NCBI GenBank assembly: GCA_963755715.1
Contig: CAVWLW010000054.1
Location: forward strand, 128,001 to 192,000
Length of the DNA: 64,000 nucleotides
Direction of reading: 5' to 3'
Origin: an uncultured delta proteobacterium
Lineage (GTDB): Bacteria > Desulfobacterota > Binatia > UBA9968
Shown: positions 29,940-41,276 of the stretch, in pieces
Layout of the letters: every line of letters starts with the position of its first letter
Position numbering within the stretch: position 1 is the stretch's first letter
Notes under the pieces: model-generated
Database searches by the model: none
What the model saw: the letters and a program-made list of their open reading frames with translations, nothing else
What the model was told of the DNA's origin: nothing
Translations under genes and position numbers: made by a program

Positions 29940-31034
29940 TCAACTGCCGAAGTGCGATTTGTCTCGGCGGGTCGCGTCGCTAGCCGAACCTTCATCTAAA
30001 CAGTCAAATTCCTCTGAAGCGCGTGCCATTTCCTCGGTGAAATACTCTTCCGCCGGATCAAAAAAGATAATCTGACTACCGGCAAATTCAAAACGGAACG
30101 GCACGTAGATCAGCTTCTTAAGACTTTCTCTCACTACCATTTGCTTCTCCGGGGGCACAAAAAGAAGCATAAACCCTCCGCCGCCGGCGCCCAGCAACTT
30201 ACCTCCTAAAGCGCCTTTCGCAATTGCCACTGCATAAATTTCATCAACATACGTATTGGAGACCTTGGCGCTCAAGCCGCGCTTGGCGTGCCAAGCTTCG
30301 TGCAGCAACGTGCCAAACGCGGAAATATCTTGACCGCCATTCAAAATCGCAATGCTCTCGTCAACCAAGTCTTTCATGATACGCAACTGGCTCTTCTTTC
30401 CATTCAAGTCGGTAATATAACTTTCGGCAATATCGGACGCTGTACGCTCGATCCCCGAGTAAAAAAGCATAAGATGCGAATTGAGTTCTTTCAGCCGGTC
30501 GGCCGAGACGGTAACGGGTCGCACAGAGATTTCTCCATTCTGGGCAAAGACGACATGATTAAATCCGCCGAATGCCGCCAGCACCTGATCCTGCGACCCC
30601 ACGGTTTCTTTGATCAACTCTTGTTCAATGCGGATGCTCTCCAAAGCCAGTTGCCGCTTGCTGGGCATCTGGCCTTGCAAGGCGTAGAGGGCATGAAGCA
30701 ATCCCACTGTGAATGAAGAGCTGGATCCCATTCCGCTGCGCGCCGGAAGATCGCCGTCATGATGAATCTCCATGCCGCGTTCGATGCCCGAAAAACGCAG
30801 GACCTCGCGAACCGCGGGATGAACGATGTCATCGACACTTCGACAATTTTCAATACGAGAATAAACAAGGCGAATTCGATGCTTGAAAAAGGGCGGCAGA
30901 TATCGACAGGTAAGATAACAATATTTGTCGATGGTCGTACCGAGCACCGTACCGCCATGATCGCGGTACCATATGGGATAATCGGTGCCGCCGCCAAAGA
31001 ACGATATACGAAAGGGCGTTCGACTAATGACCAT
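29940..31034 (-). CDS. hddA: D-glycero-alpha-D-manno-heptose-7-phosphate kinase (GHMP)
   Basis: RTPFRISFFGGGTD, PARSGMGSSS, GSQDQ, KLLGAGGGGF. Confidence 0.88.
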   Translation of the reverse strand: MVISRTPFRISFFGGGTDYPIWYRDHGGTVLGTTIDKYCYLTCRYLPPFFKHRIRLVYSRIENCRSVDDIVHPAVREVLRFSGIERGMEIHHDGDLPARSGMGSSSSFTVGLLHALYALQGQMPSKRQLALESIRIEQELIKETVGSQDQVLAAFGGFNHVVFAQNGEISVRPVTVSADRLKELNSHLMLFYSGIERTASDIAESYITDLNGKKSQLRIMKDLVDESIAILNGGQDISAFGTLLHEAWHAKRGLSAKVSNTYVDEIYAVAIAKGALGGKLLGAGGGGFMLLFVPPEKQMVVRESLKKLIYVPFRFEFAGSQIIFFDPAEEYFTEEMARASEEFDCLDEGSASDATRRDKSHFGS

Positions 31035-32303
31035 GGATGATCGTCCTTTCTGCTCCCATTAGGCACCCAATGGAAGCAGTCGCTGCAGCCAAATCATCGA
31101 CGACAAAATCAGCCGCCACGGCGTTTTCAAATTGCGCGCCATAGCCTGTGCGCACGAGAAAGGTCATAGCACCCGCTCTTCGGCCCATGTCGATGTCACA
31201 ATCCTTATCGCCAATCACAATGCTGCCCTCTAGATCAAAGTCCAGTTCTTTGGCCGCTTTTTCCATTAGACCCGTCCCGGGCTTGCGACAGGCGCAAACG
31301 TCGTCGGGCGTGTGAGGGCAAACGTAGATTCCATCAAGCTTAACATTCTCTTGCTGTAACAACTGGGCAAGACGCTCATGAACGAGACCTAGTTGGGCCT
31401 GATCAAAGTACCCACGCCCGATCCCCGATTGGTTCGTAATCATCACCAGACCGAAGCCCATTTGGTGCAGCTTACGAAGCGCAGCTCCAGCTCCTGGAAT
31501 CAATGCAACCTGCTCGGGCTGTGAGAGATATTCGCGTTCCTCAATAATGGTCCCGTCCCGATCAAGAACGACAAATCGGCGTCGCGCTGAGCCATTGAGT
31601 CCAGCAAAAAAACTTTCCGCCAGCGGCAAAGTCATCGGGCGTTCCGATATCGAGAAAAGGGCCGGCACTTACGTAACCGTAAAGACCGCGACCCATCCAG
31701 CGCGGGAAAACCTCGCGTTCCAGGGAGACGTTCACACCATCCGGAATAGATCGAAGCACCTCTTGGCTCAAGAAATATATTCCTGCATTGATCCAAGCCG
31801 CCCCCGAACCCTGTTGCTTTTCAACGAATTCAATAACGCGCGCGTCGGAATCAAGCTTGACGCGACCAAATCTTTCGCTGCGCGCGACCCGTGTCAATGC
31901 CATACTTGCCGTTGCTTGGCGCTGGCGATGCCAATCCCAATAAGCTTTGATGTCGATCGCGCAGAATGAATCGCCGTTCATCACCAGCACAGGATCGGAC
32001 TCAAACCGAGTGATTGCCAACTTCAATGCGCCCGCCGTGCCAAGCGGTTCTTGCTCTCGTGAATAGATAAGCCGGAGCGGTCCGTGGTTTTCCCCGAAGG
32101 TGCTTTCGATCTGGTCCCCTAAGTATCCGGTGCACAATACCACAGATCGACAGCCCGCTGCAGCGACCTGATCCAACAAATAGGTAAGAAACGGCTGCGA
32201 CCGAATCTCCGCGAGCACTTTGGGACGATCCGCGACAACCGAACGCAGACGCGTGCCGAGCCCGCCCGCCAGTAAAGCTACCGACACATTCGAAAGTTCC
32301 ATC
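31024..32303 (-). CDS. Probable HddC nucleotidyltransferase-GmhB phosphatase fusion (frameshift ~31622)
   Basis: LAGGLGTRL...PKVLA, FLDIGTPDD (HddC) continues into LDRDGTI, TNQSGIGRG, CPH..CACRKP, GDKDCD (GmhB) after removal of one G. Confidence 0.8.
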
Positions 32304-32343
32304 GGCAATGTGACTTTTTGACCATGGCAGACACGCAACAGCG

Positions 32344-33282
32344 TTAAGCGTTCTTGAACGGTCCGCATCCGATCATGCGGTAGCCTTTCAATAATTCTTG
32401 AATTCCCTCTTCCAGCGAGCGTCTCGCCTCAAATCCCGCTTCCCGCAAGCGCTGGTTGGACACGATATAATTACGTTTGTCCGGATCTGAGCCGACCTCG
32501 GAAAAATGGACGAAAAAATTGGGCACGAATTCTTTAATTTTTAGCGCAAGCTCTTCTTTGGAGAGGTTGGCGGCGTCAAGACCGACGTTATAAGGTCTGC
32601 CTGTCATTTGTTTGGAATTCTCCATGCAATGAACAAAACAATCGGCGACATCGCGGATATGAATGTAATTTCGCTTGAAGTCTTTCTCAAAAATCACGAT
32701 ATATCCGTCGGTCACCGCGGTATAGACAAAGTGGTTCACTAAAAGATCGAGTCGCATGCGTGGCGACATGCCGAAGACTGTGGCGAGCCGCAGCGTAACC
32801 GTATTCGGGCTCTCTAACAATTCTTGCTCCGCTTGAGATTTCGTTTGGCCGTACAGCGATATCGGCTCTAAAGGCGTTTCCTCGGTACAGAAAACGTCGC
32901 CGGTTTGAGTGCCATAGCCGCTGTTGGTTGTCGGATATACCACAAGCTGTCGAGGACTGCGCACTCTGTTTATAAGTCGAATTGCGTCCAAATTAACTGA
33001 CCGCGCGAACGCTGGGTCGCGGTCACACGCCGGCGCCCCCACGACTGCAGCCAGGGGAACCACCACATCGGCTTGAGCAATCAACCGTTGCATCAGTTGC
33101 TCGTCGCGCGCGTCTCCGTAAAAGAAATCAAAGCGAGGATTCGCGCATAGGTGAAAAAGGCTGTTTTGCCGATAAATCAAACTGTCGACGACAGTGACGT
33201 GCGATCCCATCTCAAGCAGCCGATCGCATAGGACCGACCCCAGATAACCCGCTCCTCCAGTGACGAGCACCCGCGTAATCAT
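32344..33282 (-). CDS. NAD-dependent sugar-nucleotide epimerase/dehydratase (extended SDR)
   Basis: VTGGAGYLG, YGQTK, RLATVFGMSPRMRLDLLVN. Confidence 0.88.
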   Translation of the reverse strand: MITRVLVTGGAGYLGSVLCDRLLEMGSHVTVVDSLIYRQNSLFHLCANPRFDFFYGDARDEQLMQRLIAQADVVVPLAAVVGAPACDRDPAFARSVNLDAIRLINRVRSPRQLVVYPTTNSGYGTQTGDVFCTEETPLEPISLYGQTKSQAEQELLESPNTVTLRLATVFGMSPRMRLDLLVNHFVYTAVTDGYIVIFEKDFKRNYIHIRDVADCFVHCMENSKQMTGRPYNVGLDAANLSKEELALKIKEFVPNFFVHFSEVGSDPDKRNYIVSNQRLREAGFEARRSLEEGIQELLKGYRMIGCGPFKNA

Positions 33283-33787
33283 AATAGAGTCAAAATCAGA
33301 CTAATAACCACAACATCTATAACATACAAGAAAATCGAGCGTAGGGTGGAGAAGCCAGAAAAGTGTTAGCATCGTCGGGAGGAAAACCGCTGGTACTAAG
33401 AGCAACTGCACGAGATTTGAAAAGAACCGATGTAATGAAGAGGAATACTCGAATCGGCAGCTAACCTTTCTTATAAGATTACCCTTATTGATGAGTGCCG
33501 GGTAGGCATCGGTAACCCTGCTGCAAAGAAGGTCCACGTTTCGAATTCCGACCAAAAGAAACATATGCGAAAATCGAATATGTTGGGCGCATGTCATGCC
33601 AAGAATATTGGTCTATCGAGGTTGGCAATGACGTAATCAGGTGTATATTGACGCGTTGCTGAGTGAAAGAGACTGCCCTGGCTTAAAATTTTTGCGGATT
33701 TCTCATTGGGGACTATCTTTCACTCAATAAAACAAGTATGCCTTTTCTTTAGCATAACCTGCTGCAGTTCGTCTAGCGACGACGTCA

Positions 33788-34742
33788 TTGGGAGCTACGT
33801 CTATGAACATCTCGTTGCGTTTCACGATTATCATCCCGACAAAAAATCGACGCCAAATACTAGGGCAACTCTTGGGCAGTATCGGTGCGCTTAATGATAT
33901 AGACAGGATTCTTCCGGAAATTATCGTGGCCGATAATAACTCGGATGACGATACTTGGGAATGCGTCAACTCGATGGCAAAACATTTTCCAACGACGCTC
34001 CGGAGCTTAAAGATCGTACGGGCGGGAAAGTCTGCAGCTATTAATGAAGCCGTAAAAACATCGACAGGTAACGTTCTCGCATTTTTAGATGACGACGTGG
34101 TCGTTGAGAAGGCTTGGCTGGTTGCGGTTAGAGAGTTTTTTCAAGAGGATAATCGTCAGGTCGGGCAGGGATTCATCGGGCTTCAATCGACTCCCAACGA
34201 TCCAGAAATCTTAAAATTAGTAGAAATTTATCGCACGATTCCTAGACTCGAGTACAATCCGAACGTCGGAAACACTGCATTCATTGAACGGCGCTAATTT
34301 TTTCATGTCTCGGGAGCTTTTCAATCGGGTGGGGGGCTTTGACGAGCGGCTCGGCCCAGGGGCTTCAGGCACATCGGAGGATGTTGACCTCGCCCGGCGG
34401 CTGATTCGCTCTGGGGTTTCTATCAGCTACGCGCCCAAAGCTGTGGTTTATCATCGCATCGATCGCGACCGGCTGACCGAAGCGTACTTTAAGCAGAGTC
34501 ATCGGCGCCAAGGGGTGAGCCGATTCTTGATCCGAAAACAAGGTGGGGCAGAAATACTCTTTAATCTCTTGCGGGTTGCCACCCAGTACGGCTATTACAC
34601 GTTGCTTGGACAGGAGCGAAACCGCTACCGCAGCAAAGGGCGGATTTATCATTACTTAGGTATGATCGAAGCCAAGAAAAATGATTCTACGCTAGCTGGC
34701 ACAAAAGAAGACTTGCGGACTCGGTCTCCTCACCTCACTTAA
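33788..34742 (+). CDS. Glycosyltransferase family 2 (frameshift ~34268)
   Basis: IIIPTKNR, ADNNSDDDT, FLDDD; second part GANF, GGFDERLGPG, EDVDL. True start probably ATG 33803. Confidence 0.85.
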
Positions 34743-37095
34743 GCGAACTCTTGGTATTGCCCAATCCGAGTAAACTGAAATCGAAGCTGAAAGATGTCTT
34801 GGCGGGATTGATCGTACGATTGATACTAAGGGTAGCGGTCCAACACTCACAAAAGGACAGGAATTTGGTGATGGCGCGAACACCAAGAAAGCGGCTGTCA
34901 AGTACATCGTAGGTGGTGCCGACATTGACGAGCAGATTGTCGGTGAGGCGATAAAACAGATTTGCACCGACATTGCCGACGGTATTTTTGTTGAAGGGGT
35001 TATCCGGGCAACCCAGAGTGGTGGGTTGGGACGGGCAATTATCAACATTGAAATTGGCATTTTCGGCGAAAATACTATTCGTGACTGGGCCGACGCCATT
35101 GACGGCGATATTCGGGCCGCGGCGTAAAAACTGATAGCCAAGGCTCAGCGCGTTGGTCCGGTTAAAGTCCGGATCCAGCGAGCGGCGTAGCACGGGTCGC
35201 GGATCGAGAATGCTGAAGGTCAACCGCGCCTGGGTGATCTCCCATGCCCCAGGATTGACGCCGCCGTCGAAAGTCATATCTATATACGCGCCAGGAGTTA
35301 CCCTTAAATTGAGATCCAAGTCGGTTAAGCTGTCGCCGCCTTTGCGCGCTTTATCGATGTCGTAGCTCAACGCCAATTTGAGCGACGCCAACTGGCGAAC
35401 GTCGCCGCTTCCCGGTCCAAGCATTTCAACGTTGCTGTCCGACGGCGCGGCGGCGAGCGGGCTTGCGACTTTTCCCCAAAATCGATTGTTCACGGCAAAA
35501 GTAAAAACGTTTCGACGATTGATCCGGTCGACCTCGTCCATAAGGGGAATATTACTTTGATTGACCCCCGGCACGAACAGATAACTTATTTCCGGCTCGA
35601 GGACATGTTTGACGTGGCTCAAGCCCAGACCGTTGAATCCAAAAACTCGGCTCACGGCGCTGCTGATATTGCCGCGGAGTTCAACTAATTCACGGGACAC
35701 ATTTCGGTCCGAAGATTTAACAGGAGTATACAGATGGTAAGCAGTTTCGCGCGGCGCGACGCTCAGCGCGCCGAAAAGACGCGAAGCCAACGAAAAGGGC
35801 AACACGGCCTCGGGCCTTAAATCCATGCGCAGCCCGTCGCCGCCTACTTTGCGGATATAGCTTACGCCGTCCGCGCGCCAGCGAAATTCGAGCGGAAAAT
35901 CGGACAAGAAGCGGCGCCCCCACAAGCCGATGTTCGGGGTTCGTTGCAGCGTGCCGCTAGCGGGCTGAATGAAATCCTGGAAGAAATTGATTTCTCCTTT
36001 GAAAAACGTATCGCCCCAATTCCGAAATACCCCTGTACGCGAGGCGCCAAAGCGGCTTTGGCGAATATCCGAATCTTGCTGGATGGGTAAATCGAAGCGC
36101 TCGATGAGCTCGCGCGTGTACAAGTTATCGCTGTAGACCGCAATATCACTGAACGTAAGCCAGTCGGTAGAAGTCGTGTAGCGATGCGAGCCGACGATAC
36201 TCCCACGGTTGATGGGAATCGTCGGGTTGGCGATGGTGTTGTCAACCACTGAGCGATCTGTCCGCCAAGTTTCGTTGAAATACGCGTTATCCATGCGAAA
36301 ATATGATTCGCGATCGAACAGGGTGCGAAACTCGCTGATAAAGCCAACGCGGGCGGCGGTTTCGATGTCGAATTTGACGGTCGAGTCCGTGCTTTTGGAC
36401 ATCGCCCAAAAAAACGGCTGGATAAATCTGAAACCCTCTTTCGTCGAATGGCCAAACTGAGGAAAAAGAAAGCCGGTTTGCCTTTCGGTCCTGAGCGGAA
36501 AAACACCATAGGGCAGATAAAATACCGGCCAGTCCATGACGTAGAAATAACCGTGCTTGATCGTGCCGACGCCTTCGAGCGCGAGATCCATCTGTTCGGC
36601 GGAAAACTTCCACGACGGCGAGCCGCTCTCGCATAGACAAGTCGTAAAAAAGCCGTCGTCGACATGATAAGTTTGGCCGCCAAACTTTTGCAACCGACGC
36701 CCTGTCATACTGATGTGCCCGTCCTCGAGGAAAAGGTCGCCGTTTTGAATCTCCCCGGTTTCCTTTTCCAGGTTGAATTCGATAGCGTCCGCCGACTTGA
36801 TCTTCCATTCCGGATCGTCGAGGGACACTTTGCCTTTCGCCTCCATGTCCTGAGTGGTGCGGTTGACCCGCACCTCCTCGCCTTTGATCGTGGTGTCACC
36901 GCGCTTGATTTCTACGTTGCCCGCGGCGTCGATCTGGTTTGCACCATCGCCCGTCGAAAGTTTATCCGCTGTTACGTTGATTTCGCTGGTGGAGCTTTGA
37001 GCGCCGCGGGTCATCAGCTGTGCTCTAGACGGGCCGGTAAAGCCCAAAACCACTACTGCGATCGCCGGGAGAAGAAAGCGGTATTCCAATAGCAT
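34735..37095 (-). CDS. lptD: LPS-assembly outer membrane protein LptD
   Basis: Signal peptide, OstA-like N-terminus, FTTC, ERQTGFLFP, HVLEPEISY, beta-barrel-like C-terminus. Confidence 0.88.
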   Translation of the reverse strand: MLLEYRFLLPAIAVVVLGFTGPSRAQLMTRGAQSSTSEINVTADKLSTGDGANQIDAAGNVEIKRGDTTIKGEEVRVNRTTQDMEAKGKVSLDDPEWKIKSADAIEFNLEKETGEIQNGDLFLEDGHISMTGRRLQKFGGQTYHVDDGFFTTCLCESGSPSWKFSAEQMDLALEGVGTIKHGYFYVMDWPVFYLPYGVFPLRTERQTGFLFPQFGHSTKEGFRFIQPFFWAMSKSTDSTVKFDIETAARVGFISEFRTLFDRESYFRMDNAYFNETWRTDRSVVDNTIANPTIPINRGSIVGSHRYTTSTDWLTFSDIAVYSDNLYTRELIERFDLPIQQDSDIRQSRFGASRTGVFRNWGDTFFKGEINFFQDFIQPASGTLQRTPNIGLWGRRFLSDFPLEFRWRADGVSYIRKVGGDGLRMDLRPEAVLPFSLASRLFGALSVAPRETAYHLYTPVKSSDRNVSRELVELRGNISSAVSRVFGFNGLGLSHVKHVLEPEISYLFVPGVNQSNIPLMDEVDRINRRNVFTFAVNNRFWGKVASPLAAAPSDSNVEMLGPGSGDVRQLASLKLALSYDIDKARKGGDSLTDLDLNLRVTPGAYIDMTFDGGVNPGAWEITQARLTFSILDPRPVLRRSLDPDFNRTNALSLGYQFLRRGPNIAVNGVGPVTNSIFAENANFNVDNCPSQPTTLGCPDNPFNKNTVGNVGANLFYRLTDNLLVNVGTTYDVLDSRFLGVRAITKFLSFCECWTATLSINRTINPAKTSFSFDFSLLGLGNTKSSLK

Positions 37096-37107
37096 TTGAA
37101 TTGGCGG

Positions 37108-38418
37108 TTAGCTTTGAGACTGGGTCGTGCGGGCGCCGGCGGTTCTCGCCGCGGCGAATTCTTCGAGCATGGGACGCACCTCGCCGAGCAAATAAAGCGA
37201 ACCCGCAACGACGATCATGTCGTCGGCCTGCGCTTCAATGAGAAGTGTGCGCAAGGCCGCTCGGGAATCTGAAATGACGCGATGGCCGATCGGGTCGGCT
37301 ATTTTTTGCGCCATTTTTTGCGGATCGGCGCTCCGCTCCATCTCCACTCTGGTGAAAACCACCTCATCGACCACCGCCGTCAGGCCGCGCAACATGATTT
37401 CCCACTCTTTGTCAGCCATAGTTGCAAATAGCAGCTTGATTTTGCGATGCGCGCGCGCATTGCTCAGTTCGTCGACAAGAGCCCTGACCCCTTCGGGGTT
37501 GTGCGCACCGTCCAAAATGACCCGCGGTTGTTCCAACATGACTTCCAAACGGCCGGGCCAGCGCACTGTTTGTAAACCTCGCCGGATAACGCGCTCACTT
37601 ATGGGAAAACTCCCCTCTGCCAATTCTAGCGCCGCGAGGGCCAAGGCCGCGTTGGCTCGTTGATGTCGGCCACGAAGCGCCAAATTTAATTCAGAGAAAT
37701 GTTGTTTTATCCCTCTATAATCGAAAAGCCCCTCATTTTTCAAGAAAAAACTGAAGTTTGTCCCAAGAAAATACGCCGGCGCGTGGCGTTCGCGGGCGAT
37801 TTGTGCCAGCAGCTCGGCAACTTCTGTGGAGATCTTGCCACAAACCACGGGTACGCTCGATTTGATGATTCCACCCTTTTCACGAGCGATCGATAGCTCG
37901 TCGGGACCGAGATAAGCCTCGTGATCTTTGGAAATCGTCGTAATCACAGAAACCAGGGACGTGACCAGATTGGTTGCGTCAAGCCTGCCGCCCAAACCGA
38001 CTTCGATAACAGCGACATCGACGTGGCGCCGGGCAAAATAGACAAACGCCATGACCGTGATGAATTCAAAAAAAGTCAGCGCTACGTCGGCTGCGGCCGT
38101 GCGCTGCCAGATCTCATCGGCGAGCCCGACGACGTCGTCTTGGCTGATCTCCTCATCGCCGACGCGGATCCGCTCTGTAAATGAAACCAGGTGGGGTGAT
38201 GTGTAAAGGGCGGTTCGGTAACCTGCCAATGACAGGATGCGATGCAATATCGCTGCGGTCGAGCCCTTGCCGTTCGTGCCGGCGATGTGAAACGAGCGAA
38301 ACCTATCCTGCGGATAGTCGAACAACTCTAGCGCGCGTTTCATTCGATCCAGGCGCAGATCGATCACCCCGCCGCGCAAATTGTAAATTTTCTCTAGGGT
38401 ATCGGAATATGTATCCAT
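37108..38418 (-). CDS. folC: Folylpolyglutamate synthase / dihydrofolate synthase
   Basis: HIAGTNGKGST, YTSPHL, EVGLGGRLDATN, WPGRLE, LDGAHN. Confidence 0.95.
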   Translation of the reverse strand: MDTYSDTLEKIYNLRGGVIDLRLDRMKRALELFDYPQDRFRSFHIAGTNGKGSTAAILHRILSLAGYRTALYTSPHLVSFTERIRVGDEEISQDDVVGLADEIWQRTAAADVALTFFEFITVMAFVYFARRHVDVAVIEVGLGGRLDATNLVTSLVSVITTISKDHEAYLGPDELSIAREKGGIIKSSVPVVCGKISTEVAELLAQIARERHAPAYFLGTNFSFFLKNEGLFDYRGIKQHFSELNLALRGRHQRANAALALAALELAEGSFPISERVIRRGLQTVRWPGRLEVMLEQPRVILDGAHNPEGVRALVDELSNARAHRKIKLLFATMADKEWEIMLRGLTAVVDEVVFTRVEMERSADPQKMAQKIADPIGHRVISDSRAALRTLLIEAQADDMIVVAGSLYLLGEVRPMLEEFAAARTAGARTTQSQS

Positions 38419-38489
38419 GCGGCGCCCAACCCGTTCGTGCGGCAAAGCTGCGCTTGCGGGCTGGTTATTTGGCGGGCCAAGTTGCCGAG

Positions 38490-39302
38490 CTAGTGAGAGC
38501 GCGCGACTTGTCTGAGCGCTTGTTTGAGTTGTGCGACGAAGGCTCCCGCCTGCTTGGCCTTTTTGTTGTTGCCCTTGGTTTTTTCGATCCGCTCTACCAG
38601 GGCGCTGCCGACTACCGCCGCGTCGGCAAAGCCGGCGATCCAGGCGGCCTGTTGCGGCGTCGAGATGCCGAAACCGACACCCACCGGGAGAGCAGTCACT
38701 CGGCGCACCCGGTCGACTTGCGCACGCAAGGTATCGTCGAAGGAACGGCGCGCGCCGGTCACGCCGGTCACCGAAACATAGTAAACGAAACCTCGGCTGG
38801 CGCGGCCGACCAACTCGATCCGATCGGCGCCGCTCATCGGCGAAAGCAAAAAAATCAAGTCCAATCCGACTGCGTCGGTCCACTGTTTTAGCTCGCCGCT
38901 CTCTTCGGGCGGCAGATCCACGCACAGCACGCCGTCCGCGCCCGACGCCGCGGCTTGGCAAGCGAAGCGCTCCAGGCCGAAGCGAAAAAGCGGATTGAAA
39001 TAGCCGAACAGAACCACCGGCACCTGCGACGACTGGCGAAACATATGCACCAAGCGAAAAACCGCCGGCAAAGACACCGGCCGCTTGAGCGCGCGCTCGG
39101 AAGAGCGTTGAATCGTCGGCCCATCGGCGGTTGGATCGGAAAAAGGGATGCCGAGCTCGATACAGTCGGCGCCGCCGGCGTCGAGAGCGCGCAGGATCTT
39201 GAGAGTCGTTTCCAGATCGGGATCGCCCGCCGTGATAAAGGGAATCAGCGCGGCTTCGCCGCGTTTTTTCAGTTCAGCGAATGTTTTTTTAATACGGCTC
39301 AT
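38490..39302 (-). CDS. trpA: Tryptophan synthase alpha chain
   Basis: ELGIPFSDPTADGPTIQ, GVTGAR, VGFGIS. Confidence 0.96.
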   Translation of the reverse strand: MSRIKKTFAELKKRGEAALIPFITAGDPDLETTLKILRALDAGGADCIELGIPFSDPTADGPTIQRSSERALKRPVSLPAVFRLVHMFRQSSQVPVVLFGYFNPLFRFGLERFACQAAASGADGVLCVDLPPEESGELKQWTDAVGLDLIFLLSPMSGADRIELVGRASRGFVYYVSVTGVTGARRSFDDTLRAQVDRVRRVTALPVGVGFGISTPQQAAWIAGFADAAVVGSALVERIEKTKGNNKKAKQAGAFVAQLKQALRQVARSH

Positions 39303-39395
39303 GGACTTACGAGTAGCTCAATAGTTTAAAAATTTAAGCGTTCAAAGGAGTTCATCTCAGGCACACTCTTTTACTTTTAACCCTTTGCAACCTGC

Positions 39396-40616
39396 CTAGA
39401 GTTTTACGCCGAGGTAATCGCCGACGGTCATCATGTCCTTGTCGCCGCGACCGGAAAGATTGACGATAACAGTCTGCCGCTTAGTTAGCCGGCGCGCCAA
39501 TTTCGTTACGGCGGCGATCGCATGGGCGCTTTCAAGCGCCGGAATGATGCCTTCGACTTCGGCAAGTAATTTGATCGCCGCGATCGCTTCTTGATCCGTT
39601 GCCGAATCGAATTCAGCCCTGCCCGAGTCGCGTAGGTAGCTTAATTCCGGGCCAACTCCCGGATAGTCGAGCCCGGCCGCGATCGAATGGGTCTCGGTGA
39701 TCTGTCCTAGTTCATTCTGCAACACGTAGCTCTTGCTGCCATGCAGCACGCCCACCGTCCCGCCCTGGATCGATGCCGCATGCTTGCCCGTGCGAAGGCC
39801 CCGGCCGGCCGCCTCGACGCCGAGCATTTTGACGCTGAGATCGCGCACGAACGGATAGAAAAGCCCCATCGAGTTGCTGCCGCCGCCAACACAAGCGACC
39901 AAATAGTCCGGCAGCCTTCCCTCTTTTTGGCGGATCTGGCGGCGCGCTTCGCGGCCGATGACCGATTGAAAATCGCGCACCATCATCGGATAGGGGTGCG
40001 GTCCCGCGACCGAGCCGATCAGGTAATACGTGCTGCGCACATTGGTCACCCAATCTCTCAGCGCTTCGTTCATCGCGTCTTTGAGCGTCCGGCTTCCCGC
40101 CTCTACAACCCGAACCTTAGCGCCGAGTAGCTTCATGCGAAAAACGTTTAGCGACTGGCGCCGCACGTCTTCCTGGCCCATGAAAATTTCGCACTGCAGG
40201 CCGAAACGCGCGGCCACCGTCGCGGTCGCGACGCCGTGTTGGCCGGCGCCGGTCTCGGCAATAATGCGCTGCTTGCCCATGCGGCGTGCTAGCAAAATCT
40301 GACCGATCGTGTTGTTGATCTTGTGCGCGCCGGTATGGCACAGATCCTCGCGCTTCAGATAAATTTTCGCGCCGCCGGCCTTTTCGCTTAACCGCTCGGC
40401 AAAATAGAGCGGCGTTTCGCGGCCGGCGTACTCGGTCAAATAGAAATGGAATTCTTTCCGAAATGCCGTATCGCGCCTGGCTTTGGCGTAAGCTTGCTCC
40501 AGCTCGGTGAGCGCCGGCATCAGCGTTTCGGCGACGTAGCGCCCGCCGTACGGACCGAAATGGCCGCGCCGATCAGGCACTTTTGGCTGCAATGATAAAT
40601 TCTTTGAGTTTCTCAT
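39396..40616 (-). CDS. trpB: Tryptophan synthase beta chain
   Basis: [42 protein letters not shown]. Confidence 0.97.
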   Translation of the reverse strand: MRNSKNLSLQPKVPDRRGHFGPYGGRYVAETLMPALTELEQAYAKARRDTAFRKEFHFYLTEYAGRETPLYFAERLSEKAGGAKIYLKREDLCHTGAHKINNTIGQILLARRMGKQRIIAETGAGQHGVATATVAARFGLQCEIFMGQEDVRRQSLNVFRMKLLGAKVRVVEAGSRTLKDAMNEALRDWVTNVRSTYYLIGSVAGPHPYPMMVRDFQSVIGREARRQIRQKEGRLPDYLVACVGGGSNSMGLFYPFVRDLSVKMLGVEAAGRGLRTGKHAASIQGGTVGVLHGSKSYVLQNELGQITETHSIAAGLDYPGVGPELSYLRDSGRAEFDSATDQEAIAAIKLLAEVEGIIPALESAHAIAAVTKLARRLTKRQTVIVNLSGRGDKDMMTVGDYLGVKL

Positions 40617-41202
40617 GATCCTTGATACCCGGACGCGCTTCCACGCCGCTGCAAACATCGATGCCGAAGGGATGGATGCGTTTGATCGCCGCAGCCACGT
40701 TGTCCACCTCGAGCCCGCCTGAAAGAATCAGCTTGCTGGCATCGAGCCCGTCGAGCCATTCCCACGGAAACGCCGTCCCCGAACCGCCATAACCTGCCGA
40801 CCACGAATCGAGCAAATAAAAATCCGCGGAAAAATCGGCCAACGCCGCGAGCGATGCTTTGTCTTTCAAACGAAATGCTTTGATGACCTTCAGGTCCCAG
40901 CCGCGACAATAATCCGCGCTCTCTTCGCCGTGAAATTGCAGCGCGCTGTAGGCTTGCCGTCCGTCCGCGAACTTTTCCCCAGGGGCGATCACTTGCATGA
41001 CATTTTCTCTGGCCGCGTTGACAAACAACGCAATGTTGAACGACTCACGCGGCAAGCGCGCGATTATCGCGCGGGCTTTCGCTGGCGCGATCGCGCGCGG
41101 GCTCGGCGCATAGAAATTAAACCCGAGCATGTCCGCGCCGAGCTCGAGCGATTTTTCCGCGTCGAGTAAGCTCGTGATACCGCAAACTTTGACTTTAACC
41201 AT
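40573..41202 (-). CDS. trpF: Phosphoribosylanthranilate isomerase
   Basis: [30 protein letters not shown]. Confidence 0.95.
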   Translation of the reverse strand: MVKVKVCGITSLLDAEKSLELGADMLGFNFYAPSPRAIAPAKARAIIARLPRESFNIALFVNAARENVMQVIAPGEKFADGRQAYSALQFHGEESADYCRGWDLKVIKAFRLKDKASLAALADFSADFYLLDSWSAGYGGSGTAFPWEWLDGLDASKLILSGGLEVDNVAAAIKRIHPFGIDVCSGVEARPGIKDHEKLKEFIIAAKSA

Positions 41203-41276
41203 TTCGTGCTCGTCGGCGTGCTCGTACTTACAACTCGTGCCTGCGCTCAATCACGATCACGAGCCACGAACACGAC
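41203..41276. repeat. Intergenic TCGTG/CACGA short-repeat palindromic element
   Basis: TCGTGCTCGTCGGCGTGCTCGT ... CACGATCACGAGCCACGAACACGAC. Confidence 0.55.

Noticed and set aside
33587-33602. Possible sigma-54 promoter (TTGGCATGACATGCGC) for the sugar operon
   Set aside because: GG-N10-GC spacing fits but the -12 context is poor and it lies ~300 bp from the gene; too weak to call.
37108-38961. 617-aa extended FolC, and similar extensions of trpD, MBL, cinA, surE and tsaC ORFs
   Set aside because: Extensions overlap neighbouring genes; family-typical starts lie downstream.
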